A DNA stretch of 45,246 nt from Pelomyxa schiedti (taxonomy: Eukaryota > Protista > Evosea). Numbering within the stretch: the stretch's first letter is position 1; each line of letters opens with the position of its first letter. The position numbers were made by a program, and so were the translations under genes. The DNA is taken from the NCBI GenBank assembly GCA_020536535.1, contig JAHLWZ010000927.1:1-45246 (forward strand). The letters are read 5' to 3'. The notes beneath the pieces are model-generated. The model worked only from the letters and a program-made list of their open reading frames with translations, was not told the DNA's origin and did not search any database. Below are positions 11,616 through 23,800 of the stretch, one piece after another.

Positions 11616-14600
11616 TTATTCAGCCTTTGACAGCCAGGGGAAATCGAGGTAGAGAACATTGGGCCCATGCATTTGAATCAAGGTTTTGGCCATGTCCCTT
11701 ATCAAGGCATTAGTGCCCTAATTTTGATTGAGACAACATACACATTCAGGATCCCAAGTGAGGTAAGGCGTTGAATGAGGTATTCTTCCCATTCTGGTGT
11801 GGTACTCCACACATGTCCAGAGTGTGAGAAAGGGGGCTGACCTGGTTGAACTGGTGACATGAATGTGGAAGGGGCACCAGGTGCACATGACTCCCTGGCC
11901 TCCCACGGCCGTGTGGTGCTGGTGTGCATCACCGGCTTCTTGCCAGTCCTTGACTGTGCCCATGAGTACTGTGGCAGTGGTGGCAGTGCCACAGTGGGCG
12001 CGGCTGCTGCACAGGAAGCTGTGGTTGTGGTCGCCGTAGTTGTGCTTGTGGTTGCGGTTGTGTTTGTGTTTGTGTTTGCTTTTACTGGGGATGAGGAGGA
12101 TATTTTTGGTGTGGAAGTTAGTGCCTGAGGGACTGGGGATGGAGTTGATGATCGTGCTGGTGATTGTGGAACCGGCTTGGGTGTTTCCGGTGTTGCCGGT
12201 ACGGCTACTGGTTTTGGTGATGGTGATGGTGATTGTGGAACTGGAGCCTGGTATGGGAATGTGAAGGATGCTGGTTGTGCCTGTGGGGTGTTGTCTCTTA
12301 CTGGGGATGGAGAGTTCACTGATGGGGAGAACATGGGCGACTTGGGGGCTGCAAGGTGTATCAAAGGGGAGAGAGATGACAGCCACTGTGCGATGCTCTC
12401 AGTCACTTGGTCGGCAGTCACTGCCACTGTTCCAAGTGGGCAATGGGTTGCTGTTGCTATGTCATGGACCGTGGCTGATGTGCAACAACAATGGAGAAGC
12501 TTCACAATCACGCTGAATGGAACTCGGCCTGTCTCTGGCCCAAATGCAAACCATAAAAACAGAGGCAGAGCTGGGGATACAAACCAATGATGGAAAGGCA
12601 TGAATTGACAACAAGGAACATGAGATCTGCCACTGTGGGTGTTTGAACTTGGGAAAGTGCATCTGTGGAGTGTGTGCGGCGATTCACAACATCGAGGCAA
12701 GCATTCCTCCTGCTGAGGCAGTGCGCAACTGCTGATTCACTTGATTCATGGCACAGTCTTTGCACCTCTTTTTTTTGTTGGTTAAGGTGTGTGAAACCAA
12801 GTGATGAAACCTTCAACCTTCCACATCAGGAGCTGAAAGGTGCTTCATTTGATCCTCCAGGAAAGTTAGTTGAGAGCGGAGAGGGAGTTTGTCAAGTGTG
12901 GAGTCCACAATGTCACAGTTGATCATCTCAGTCAGAAGAACACCAAACCCCCACATGTCCCCTGGGAGCGTTTAGTGTTGTTGGGGCAAGGGACAGAACA
13001 ACAAAAAGCAGCAACCTTGAATTGAGTAATGATTTGTTGACATCTGTGGGGCCATGTGAATTGGAGTTCCAGGTCCAATGGTTTTATCTCCACTGCTCAA
13101 TTCTTGTGTGTTCATTCCACGTGATAGACCTGTTTTTCAAAACTGATGAGAAGAGACAATACCTCTGTGGTACGTTGCACACCAAAGTCACAAATCTTTG
13201 GTGTTCCATTGGCGTCGAGGAGGACATTGTTGCTGCTCAAGTCTCGGTGCATTATATTTTGCCTGTTATGAGTGAGTGAAGGAGCACACAAAAGTTTAGA
13301 AACCACACACAAACCTGTGAAGACTGTCCATTCCTTTTGCAACTCCAAGGGCTATGGCTGCGACCTCTCTGAAACTGAGCTGCCTCTTTGAAGGATCACC
13401 TCGGATTTGTTTCAGAAGTTGCCTGAGACTGCAACACATGAGCTCAGAAACAATCTGCAGGTCCCCAGATCCACCTGATCCAACGCAGATCCCAAGGCAC
13501 ATCACAATGTTGGGATGCCTCAATCCCATGGTGATCTGAAGCATTGGTTTTTCTTGGCTATTAGAAACAAAAGAAAACCTCAGCTTCCAATTTGAATTTT
13601 GCAATGTTGTGATCTGATGCAATGACATCAAAAAGTTTCTTCACAGCAACTTCTTGTGATGATGGAGTGTGAATGCACCTGTAAACAGTTCCATAACACC
13701 CACTTCCCAATGCGGAAACATGACTCAACTCTGATTCTTTGATTTCCATCACAGGTTTCATTCTCACCTTCAACTGTGCCACAGTGTTGGTGTGTTTTCC
13801 TTTTTTGGTTTGGATTGACATTTCAGAACAGAAGAACAGCAAACCTGATGATGAGGTGCCTTGTGAGAGAAGAGAGTACAACTGAGACAGTGTTGATGAA
13901 GTCCCAGAGAGTGACAATTCCTGTGTATCACTGATCAGAGAGACAACCTGCTCACTTTCATCCACTCTAAATCGCTTCTCAACTGCCATCCTGACAACCT
14001 TTTTGTGTCAGGCCAGTGTTTTAGTGAGTTGGTTTGTTGTTTTTACCTTGTCAAGAGGGCACTGTGAACAAAAGGACTCATGAAATGTTATGTTGCTTGT
14101 TTCTAGTGTGACCATCACTTCTTTCATGACGCACTTGTTTTCCATTTGATCTGATTTCACCCACATTCCCTGTTGAATGTGTTGCAGGGTGTGTTCAATG
14201 TCTTGGGTGGGAATGATGTCAGCCAATCTGAGGTAGAAACACACGTGATCACACACATTCTTCTTGATCCTTGAACTCCTTTGTTTGTATTTGCATCACT
14301 TTTCAGTGTAAGATTTTGACAACCACACATGGACACATACATTCCATTTGTTCCTCAACTTGTTTTTGAAGTCTTTCACTCTTACTTTTAAATTCCAAAA
14401 ACATCTGAATTGTGTGAGTTGCAACATAAAACAAAGTAATAGGCGCACTGCTGTTTCGCCACAGTCAATTTTGCACTGGAAACCACCTGTTGTTTCTTGA
14501 AAAACTCTCCCTTCAAAAGTCCCATCAAGTTTCCGGTTAGGCTCAACACACCTTAATGTTACTGTTCCCTCGCCACAACAACCATCCATTGTGAACATTC

Positions 14601-15376
14601 CAGTGAATTCGTCACCATTCGGCCACCTCTTTGTGCCTGACTTGAGCACACCATTCTTCCAAACACCCCAGATGGATGTGCCGTCACGTGCCCACGTTTT
14701 CATGCCTGCTCCATGCTCCTTCCCGGACTCCCAATCACCCTCATACCTTGAGCCATCACCCCAAATCCTGATCCCACTTCCATGGAACATTCCGGCCTTC
14801 CACTCCCCAGCGTAGCTCCCTCCTGCGACAAACAGCATCCTCCCTGTTCCACTCATCTTACCATGATCAAACTCACCGTGATAGATACAACCTGTCCCAG
14901 GTGAGTGCCACGTTCCACACCCATGCCAGGTGTTCCCTTCCCACTCACCCTCATACACAGTCTCCAGAGTTGCTGCTGTTGGTGCTGCAGCTGTTGCTGC
15001 ACCCGCCGTCTTCTTCACTAGTACTCTCTTCTGCACACCCCAGCCCTGCATATGATACTGCTTTTTCGTGTCATCCCACACCCACTCCCCTTCCCACACT
15101 CCATTTTTGCTGTGGTATGTGCCGCGGCTACGGCGGCCACCTCTGTACAGCCCCTCGAACCAATCGCCCTCCTTGGGCCTGAGGTACACGCCCCAGCCAC
15201 TCGCCCTCGTACATGTTGCCGTTGTCCCACCTTTGAAACCCACGTCCGTGTTGTGCGCCATCCTTCATCTCACCTTCATATCCACTTGTTATTACCACTG
15301 GTGGTGACGATGGGGTGGCCGTGGCCGTCGTTGCGTTTGCCACTATGCTTTTTACAGCACCAAACCACCCTTGCAT
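11616..15376 (-). CDS. MORN-repeat - UBL-like - TKL kinase - Pro/Ser/Thr-rich tail - possible UBA-like end; one frameshift near 15195
   Basis: MORN repeats (YEGEW..G..HG.G) at 14580-15260; GSGCYGTVY, VAVKK, LRHPNIV, HRDLSSNN, DFG, GTPIHMAPQ, DMWGFG across introns; last exon VDMAKTLIQMHGPNV…TAA 11616-11618. The first MORN unit changes frame near 15195 (pseudogene or assembly error). Confidence 0.7.
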
Positions 15377-16778
15377 GTTGTTACGTCTGGTTTGATGTTG
15401 TTGGACGCGTTAAAACAGGCGCCTGCCAATTGAGCCGCTTTTTTTTTTAATTGATTCACCACCAAACAGCATCCTTCCAGTTCACTCCTCTTTCCGTGAT
15501 CAAACACTTGTGTTGTAGTTCTGAAGGTGATGTAAGCCGGCATGACGAACAATAATGAACACAAGGTTCACCCCTGGCTGATGTTGGCAATTCCTCTCTG
15601 TCAAATTGGTGAAAGTGATCCGGTGCTTGACCACACTCACAAACACAGACACAGACACAAACACACCGATAATGGAGAGGCATCACTGAACATGAGGTCC
15701 CCCACTGTTTCCAGCAATGCTGCTCACAGCCGTCGAAAGCGGCAATTTGGGGAGAGTGTGTGAAATAGTTCACAGCATCAATTACCGTGCGCAATCGCCG
15801 GCTTCAACCAAACTCACCAGTTTCAAATCTCAGTCTTCTTCTGAATTGATTAATTTAGAGAATTTGAAACGCACACTAAAGTCACTACGAGACAGACTGC
15901 ATCGAGTATAGAGTGATCACATGCCGGAAATAAGGTGGAAGCCACTGGAGAATGCCCGAAATACTGCGACAAGCACAGAACTGGGCATATGCTGGCGTAT
16001 TTGGCACTTTGGCACTTTGGCAGTTTAAGACCTGTGTGTCTGTTAAAGACATTGGTGAACTGTAGTCGCAGTAATATATTATCAAATAATTGATAATTGT
16101 TTGTCCTAGTAATTGTTGTTGTTTCAACACAGGTAATTCTAGGGCACCAACTCACTATGTGCAAAGGAATTTTGGTTCTAAATTCAAAGTGGCAGCCAAC
16201 AACGGAGGAGTTTCACAATAACTGGCGAACATAAGCCCAGTTACTCTGTCAAGGTGATCCTACACTCCGCGTACTGATCCACTCGCGTGTTAACAGAAAA
16301 AAAGAATGTTATGTATATAATATTAGATAATTATGAGAAGAAGCTGGCACAATAGTAAGTTTCCATTTATCTTCTCTGTTTTTCTTTTTCGACTTCTCAC
16401 ATTTGATAACAGGTGGTGTTTTAGATGTTAGTTGAGAGGCAGACAGGAGCAGAGAGACCTGAAGGCAGAAGTGGGCATGCACCCAGTAGAATGTGTGCAG
16501 CTCGTTTCTTCTTTTCCTCATTTCACCTTGTCCTACTTGTACCGTTGTAAATCCCCTCTCCCTTTTCATTGTCACCCCACTCAAACATAATAGGTACCCT
16601 GGACTGACACCGCCCAGGAGAATGGTGTGCAGCTCTGCTCCGTGTTCCTCAGGTTTTCACTTTCAGTGTCCCCCCGTATGGCCTCACCTCCACTCCCAGG
16701 TTTTTTTTTCCCACATTCAAACATCTTCTGCATTTCCAGCCTTCCTCACTTGGCCCCTACATGCCAGAGAAACTCCAA

Positions 16779-16996
16779 GGGTGTTATGGAACTGCTTACA
16801 GGTGCCTTCACACTCCATCATCAAGACGAGTTGCTGTGAAGAAACTTTTTGAGGTTATTGCATTAGATCGCAAAATTCAAGTTGGAAGCTGAGGTTTTTG
16901 TTTTTGCTTGTAAGGAAAAATAACCCAACAAAAGTGCATCTTCAGATCACCAGGGGGCTGAGGCATCCCAACATTGTGAGGTGCCTTGGGATCTGA
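16779..16996 (+). pseudogene. Inverted kinase N-lobe fragment copied from the MORN-kinase gene
   Basis: GCYGTAYRCLHTPSSRRVAVKKLFEVIA…KFKLEAEVF…LRHPNIVRCLGI* mirrors 13480-13710 on the opposite strand, with a frameshift and a stop. Confidence 0.8.
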
Positions 16997-17420
16997 TGCT
17001 ATTCAACAACAGATTCAATCAGATCTATAATATACACATTGAATTCAAAGAATAATCGGGTGATCGGACATAACAGCACTGTAACAACAACAAGAGTGTG
17101 GACATGGAGCGTTTTCACACACAAGTGAAGGAGTGCCTCACGTAAAACATCAACCAATGCAGTCTGCCTTTGAGAAGGATCACTTGATGAAGAATGTTTT
17201 TATCTTGAAGTATGTTCACTCTCTCCTCAAAGTGTAAATAATCCCTGATTTTTACTTACTCTTCTTCTTCTTATCTCAAGGTATCCTGCTCACTTGGAAG
17301 TCCCTGAAACCCCAAAAAGTGTTCTTTTCTGAAGTTTGGCAAAGAAAGAATCACTGACTACCACTGTTTCATGTCCAATCCAGGCAGCTCCCAGATAATC
17401 TTGAAAACAACTTCTGATGA

Positions 17421-17864
17421 GTCATTCCCAGCACTGAGGGTAACCAACACCAGCGTATGGTTGCTTCTTACACTGCTGACCCTCAGCCTGGACAGCAGGG
17501 CCAAGAAGACCACAATCGGAACCACCACCACCATAGCCACAGCCGTCAGCAGCATACCCAGCAACCCCAATCACAACAACAGCGGCTGCAAGCACAAGCA
17601 CAGGCCCTCAACACTTTGCCAGTTCTGTGTATGGCAGCACAGCCCACTGTCATCACCACACCCCCACCACCTTGCACTTACGCACAAGTGGTACCACATC
17701 AGGGAGCCACTGCTGCTGCTCCCCAGGCTCAATCACAGTTGCTGCAACAACTCCATCAAGGGATGTGCCAGAACCGCCAGCAACAGCAGTATCATCACCC
17801 AACGCAATCTCCCAAACAACTGTCTGACAGTGTCTCTTCCTCCCACACCACTCGCGATGTGTAA
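17421..17864 (+). CDS. Gln/His-rich low-complexity exon of an unknown gene
   Basis: Open Q/H-rich frame (…QPGQQGQEDHNRNHHHH…) ending at 17864, convergent with the PARP gene; upstream exons unresolved. Confidence 0.35.
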   Translation, partial: VIPSTEGNQHQRMVASYTADPQPGQQGQEDHNRNHHHHSHSRQQHTQQPQSQQQRLQAQAQALNTLPVLCMAAQPTVITTPPPPCTYAQVVPHQGATAAAPQAQSQLLQQLHQGMCQNRQQQQYHHPTQSPKQLSDSVSSSHTTRDV

Positions 17865-17920
17865 CAACGTGCTTCAAGGAAGACACAAAAAGAGGAGAAT
17901 AGTTCAAGCTACATCTTCCT

Positions 17921-20416
17921 CTAAGTAAAAGTGGAGAGCTTGGTGAGGAACGACGGCTGGGGCAGGGATGGCTGTGGCAGGTCCTCTGGGCTGCGAGTGT
18001 ACACGACGACGTACTCGGAGTACGCCTGGTGCTTCGCGTACAGCACGATCTCGCGTGCCTTTGGGTTCCTCTCTGGGGCCACGGCGGCCTGCCTCGCCGC
18101 GTCGCACTGGTCGCACCTCTCCGCCACCACGGAGTCGTACGACAGCCCCGTCGCGTCGTTGGTGGGCGGCTTGCGCACTGGGTCCGCCAGAGTCCCGCGG
18201 TATTTCGCCGCCGTGTACTGCGATTGTGGGATTGTGGGAGGTTAGAGTTTGATGAATTTTGGGTTGGCTTACTGCATCACAGATGTGGGCGTCGCCGAGG
18301 GCCGCGCGGAATATAAGCATGCTGCATTCCACGGCTTCCGGGGCTGCGCACCGGCAATAATGGGTGGGAGAGCGCATTTCGTAATCGGCTTCTTGGTTTT
18401 GATCTGTTATTGCTGTGAAGTATTCAAAAGGGGTAGAAAAGTATGAATCACTGGCCCTGGAAGTGGCAGTAGAAGTAGAAGTTGTAGTCGTAGTTGTGCT
18501 TCTTGAGTGTTCTTCTTCACGGCGGCACGGAAGGTGGCACCTCGAGCAGGGGATGTACCAGTTTGACTTGGAAGAATTTTCGGCGAGGTAGAAGCCTGCT
18601 CCAAACATTCCTGTGATGTTGGACACGCGGAAGTCTGCTCCCTCTCGCGTTAGTTGTGACAGCACCTCACTTGAGCACCCATGAAAAAGGAGATATTCAT
18701 TGACTGACGAGTCCAGGAGCGAGGTCTGCATCGGCTTGTTGCTGAGGTACCTAGACGAAGGCTTTGCTGCTGCATTTCCAGACACTCTTTCTCTCAGAAT
18801 ATTTTTATAGTTGGTGTATGACTCCCACTGAAGTCTATCTTGGATCCGTATCACTCTTCTCACTTTCAATCCACCAGGCCATTTTCCCCTCACACACCCA
18901 ATTTCTAAGATGGGTTGGAAAGGCAGGTTTTATTGGTGGGAACTAGTCATATATTGTAGTGATGGAAATAAAATGTAAATACTTGATGAGGAGTTCTTTT
19001 CGTAAGTGGAGTATACCAATGAATTGATGAACTTGAATTCATCCGATTCTTGGCCTACCTCCACTTCTCTGTGTCCTGTTCAAATATGAACCGTAAAATT
19101 CAAGAAAGTAAGGCCCTAGTACCCGTTGGTCCCCACGGATCTGCGCCCCAGTACCGTGGGGTCCTGGAACATGTAAACCCTTCCGTCACTTGAAATTCAG
19201 TTCCCCATTTAAGAACTTTCTCCGAATCCACAAGTTCGTCATCAAACTACTAGAGAATCAATCAGGAATTCTTTAAAAATGGGAGAACACAGACCTCAGG
19301 GTCCATAAGGGCAAAGGTAGATGGATCTGCTCCGGTTCGCCTGCCAATGTTGACTTTCAATTCTCTGAAGGTGCTGCTGGGTTGGACTCTAAATTTTAGT
19401 TTCTCCAGTGTTGTTGTGGTCACAGTCACTAGAGTGAGACCTACCAGAGGAGGATGCAGATTAAGAAAGCGCTGTGCTGCAAGGATCGTTGAATTCAATA
19501 TTCGCATTACTATGAGGTCGGTTTTGTCATTTGTGCAGTCCTGATCTGCAGCGTAATTCGATATGAAAAAGACATCAGAAGGATGAGAGCCGCATGCTGA
19601 AGCAGCATATGATGCGATAATGTCCCGTTGTAGCTGCAATGTAATTGAGGCCTCATGAGTGATCACAACAACTGGAGCTATTCCCAACATCTGGAACCAT
19701 TTTCTCGGAATTTCCAGCGGTCTTACGAATTGGTTGTTGGCCAGCCTGGGATCGGTGGCTTTCATTACCCATATTACTGCATGTATGCGGTCCACGTATG
19801 GAATTTCTGGTCCCTGCTCGAAAGGTGAGCAGGTAGTTACGAAACCAAAGCCTACATACATCACTACGCTGTTGCTCTATGACTTTCTTAGCTTGGGTAT
19901 AATCTGACACAGCCTCATCTTCAGGATCCCATTTAACTATGTCTCCGTGCTGGTACATTCCCTCGATAATTCTTACGCAAGCCATTCCTTCAGCAGAATT
20001 TAAAGTGAACAAGCCCCTTGTGTCAACCAAGGTGATGCCCTTGGATATGGGAACATCTTCGACACGTACTGTTCCTTCCCACTCGCTCATAGTCCCCGGT
20101 CCTTTTATTTTACCAACTGTGGGAAACAATATGCCACAGAGTTAGGTCGAACAAGTACCTTCAAGAGCTCTGTCAATTGTGTTGATCAAGGAAGTCTTCC
20201 CTGTTCCGGTCTGACCCAGCACCGCAACCCGTATGCGTTTTTTCAGCTCTGGTTGTCCATCAAACACCTTTTGGTTGGGTTTAACGGGTCTCTTACGAGG
20301 GCTCGTTCACAAGTTGTCAAAAAAAAAAAAACCTCAATGCAGTGAGGGAAATCATTAACGTTGGTCCCGGGCACGAATCTCTTGATGTGTTGTCTGTGTT
20401 CTTCAATCTCAAACAT
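17921..20416 (-). CDS. IFI44-like P-loop GTPase - ubiquitin-like domain - tankyrase-type PARP (ADP-ribosyltransferase) fusion, at least 704 aa
   Basis: Exons 20416-20333, 20267-20159, 20116-19860, 19813-19295, 19246-19123, 19075-18983, 18904-18273, 18217-17921, all GT-AG and in phase (2115 nt). RIRVAVLGQTGTGKTS, LVDTRGL, DRIHAVIWV, VVVITH, SDVFFISNY, ILAAQRFL (IFI44-like); KFRVQPSSTFRELKVNIGRRTG (UBL); NEYLLFHG, GMFGAGFYLAENSSKS, RKPP…YDSV, REIVLY…YSEYVVVY (PARP). The true start may lie further upstream (to about 20660). Confidence 0.85.
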
Positions 20417-20896
20417 TTGCTGACTGGAAAAACTATCACTAACGGGCAGTTTCTTCTTATTGATTTTTTTCAGCGAAGCAAGGGAGCGATAACATACAGA
20501 CGGTTGCCGCAACGTTGTCCATGCACCAAAAAGAACCGCAGTGACAGCTTGTGGAGTGAGAACTGCAGATCCGTGAAAGAACGAGGCCCGACTGACGGTC
20601 AGGCAATGAGCCCGTGATTTTGAAGTGCAGAAGCAAGATTATGTCTCTTAGGAGACATTGATCTGATCATTCCCCGAAAAACACAGCTGTGTTTTCCGCA
20701 ACAGCACCGTTGTTACGGAGTTGTCTGACGTACCGATGTAGTGTTTTGATGTGCACAGCAGGTGGTCCGCGGGTGATGACGCCGAAAATAAGTTGAGGTA
20801 CCTTGCAAAAATTTCCGCTCGGAAACGCTTTTTTTTTTTGGTTGGAACAAACCTCAAAAAAAACAACCACAAAAAGGCTCTTTCTTTTACTGGGAA

Positions 20897-23800
20897 ATGA
20901 GTGGAATTTTGGACTGGTTCACTCTCAGAATGACCGGGTTCACCACAGCGTGCGCGACGGGGCACCTCGACCGCGTCGAGCTTCTCATCACGTCGACCAA
21001 CGCCCACTTCGACCCCACGGAGATCTCCCGCGGCCTCGTGTCGGCCTGCCGCGGGGGCCACGTTCCCGTCGTCGCCCACCTCCTCCGCCTTCCCGCTGTT
21101 GGCTCCGTCCCTTCGACCTACAGAGGCTCCCTCAGGCAGCCCATAAACTACGCCGTCCCATGCGATGGAATTATTAGAGGCACAGGCTCAGCCTCAGGCA
21201 CGACGCCCGGCAGCCCCCCCGCGGCAGGAGCAGGAGTGACCACGGCAGCGAGCGCGGCGCCGCCTGCAATAGAGACGGCGCTCGGGGCAGCGTGTCAGGG
21301 GGGCCATGTGGACGTGGTCAGGCTGCTGCTCGGGGAGCCGGGGATCGACGCCGGGGCGGGGAGCCCTCTGTGCCTCGCGTGCCAGGGGGGGCACGTGGAA
21401 ATAGTCAACATGCTGCTGGGGAAGCTGCTCGACACCATCAGCACCGACGAGATTGGCAGGAGCTTGGTGGCTGCGTGCAAAGGGGGATTCTACGAAATCG
21501 TGGCGGCGCTGATGGGGCTGAAGCCGCACATGAAGCTGAACTTGCTGTTCACTGTGGTTGCTGGAGAGACTCCGCTCTGCGCGGCTTGCGGGACCGGCCT
21601 CTTGGAAGTTGTCAACTTGCTGCTGGAGGCAATGGGAAACAGCACTGTTTACACCAGGGATATATCAGAAGCGTTTGTTATTGCGTGCAAGGGTGGCTAC
21701 GTTGACATCGTCAACAAGTTTTTGAGCTTGCCACGACACATGAGGCCTTCTCTCGCACACACGTCGAAGCTGGATAGGACTGCCCTGAGTGCTGCGTGTG
21801 AAGGTGGGCACCAGGCCATTGTGGACTTGCTTCTAAGAGAAGACCTTGATGTCAACCTTGGAAACCCACTGTGGCACGCCTCAAAGAACAATCACTTGGA
21901 AATTGTTATCAGTTTATTGAGGAATCCCACCATTACCGTGAACAAAATGCTCGAGAACAAAACGCCACTTGTCGTTGCCATTCTTGACAATCAGATTGAC
22001 AAAGACTTCCTTGTTGCCCGAGTGCTGATTTCACATTCTGGTTTAATTCCACCGCATTGCCAAGAAGATGTTGTACGCAAACTTGGGAGCTATCAAAAAT
22101 TTTGTGAGCTCTTACAACTCGGTAAGATCAAACAAATGATTAGTTGCTTCGAAATTAACGTGAATGATGCAGCAACCAGTATTGAGCTTGCGAATTTATT
22201 GTTGGATCGCCAACACCCAAGAAGTTGAAATTTGTTTCCATTTGATTTTTCTCACATCTTTTTAGATTTTCAACCGTTAATAAGGAGAGAAAGTGACAGG
22301 GAAGCAATTCTCGAACTTAATAAGAGTTCCAGGCCGCTGTGTTTTTGAAAGTACTTACACCCTCCAAAGAGAATGCCGAACTGGAAGCGCGAATCATAAG
22401 AATTCAGGAAGAAAGGGCATCGGAGTTGGCAGAAAGCAAACTCAACCAACAGATGTCTTATGAAATCCAAAATTGTGTGTATCATATCACTCACTACCCA
22501 ACCCTTAGTGAAATTGCTGTGTCAACCATCTATCAGACACCGATCACGTGCTGGCACATATGAAAGGGGGCTCGTGGTGCAATGTACTCCCTGACGGCAG
22601 TTGCAAGATGGGCCAAATCAAGATTTCGTTTGAGGAGTATCCCTCATTTGATGAAATCGTGTGCTCTTCTTGCCCTCTCGACATGGTACTGTAATGTACT
22701 TCTCTCTCTGTGATTTATTAATTTTCTCTGCTCCCAAAGGCTGTGAAGATCATCATCACAAGAAAGTATGGTGTTGACACCAACGAACTAGTCGTTACAG
22801 CGGTTGGAGCAAACAACTCATCAGAAGAACTGTTGACGGATACGAACAGAACCCTGTCAGACCTTCAGCAAGGCAGCAGTGGTGCTGACAGGGTTACATG
22901 GATGAAAGTCAGAATAACTTCCCCGGTGAGATTCCAAGAGAGCGACCTAAAAGTGGTGAGCACACTGGGGGTGGGGTCATATGGAACTGTTTTCAAGTGC
23001 CTCCACATCCCAACAAACACATTCGTGGCAGTGAAGGCTCTTCACGAGGCTATCCGGTCCGAGTTCAACAACGCCCGTTTTTTGGAGGAATTCGCGGTAT
23101 TTTTGTCCACCATCCTCCACAAAGCTTTTTTTTTGAAAGTAATGGCAATTCAATAACCAGATTCATTCTCGAATGAGACACCCGAACATCGTGAGATGCC
23201 TTGGGACATGCGAGACAAGCACTGGTGGACTCTGGATCGTCTCCGAACTCATGGAAATGAACCTGAGGCAGCTCCTTCAGCGGGTTTGTTATGATCGTTC
23301 TCTATTCCTCTCCAGATAATTGGCAAACAGAGAAGTTTGAGCTTTCAGGAAATCGTTGCACTCTCGTTGGGAATTTGCAGAGGAGTGGCCGCACTTCACA
23401 AGTACTGTTTAACCCAAATTTTACTTGGATGATGATGTTCATCAGGAGGAATATCATGCATCGCGACTTGAGCAGCAACAATGTTCTCCTGGATTCTCAT
23501 GGGATTCCAAAGATAACCGACTTTGGTTTTCAACACTCCATTTTCCGATTACTTCATGACAGTATTCATTGAACAGGTATCTCACGTGTTATCAGAAGTA
23601 CGCTTGTTTCCACTTTTTCCATTGCCGGCACACCCGTTTACGTGGCTCCGCAGATGCATACTCATCACTATGGAATCCAAGGTATGTTCTCACTTTTTTT
23701 TTTCTTGTTTTGCCATTTATCCCCACCATTTCACACAGGAGATATGTGGGAAATTGCAGTTTTACTGGTTGAGATGCTGACAGGAACAATACCAGTCGGA

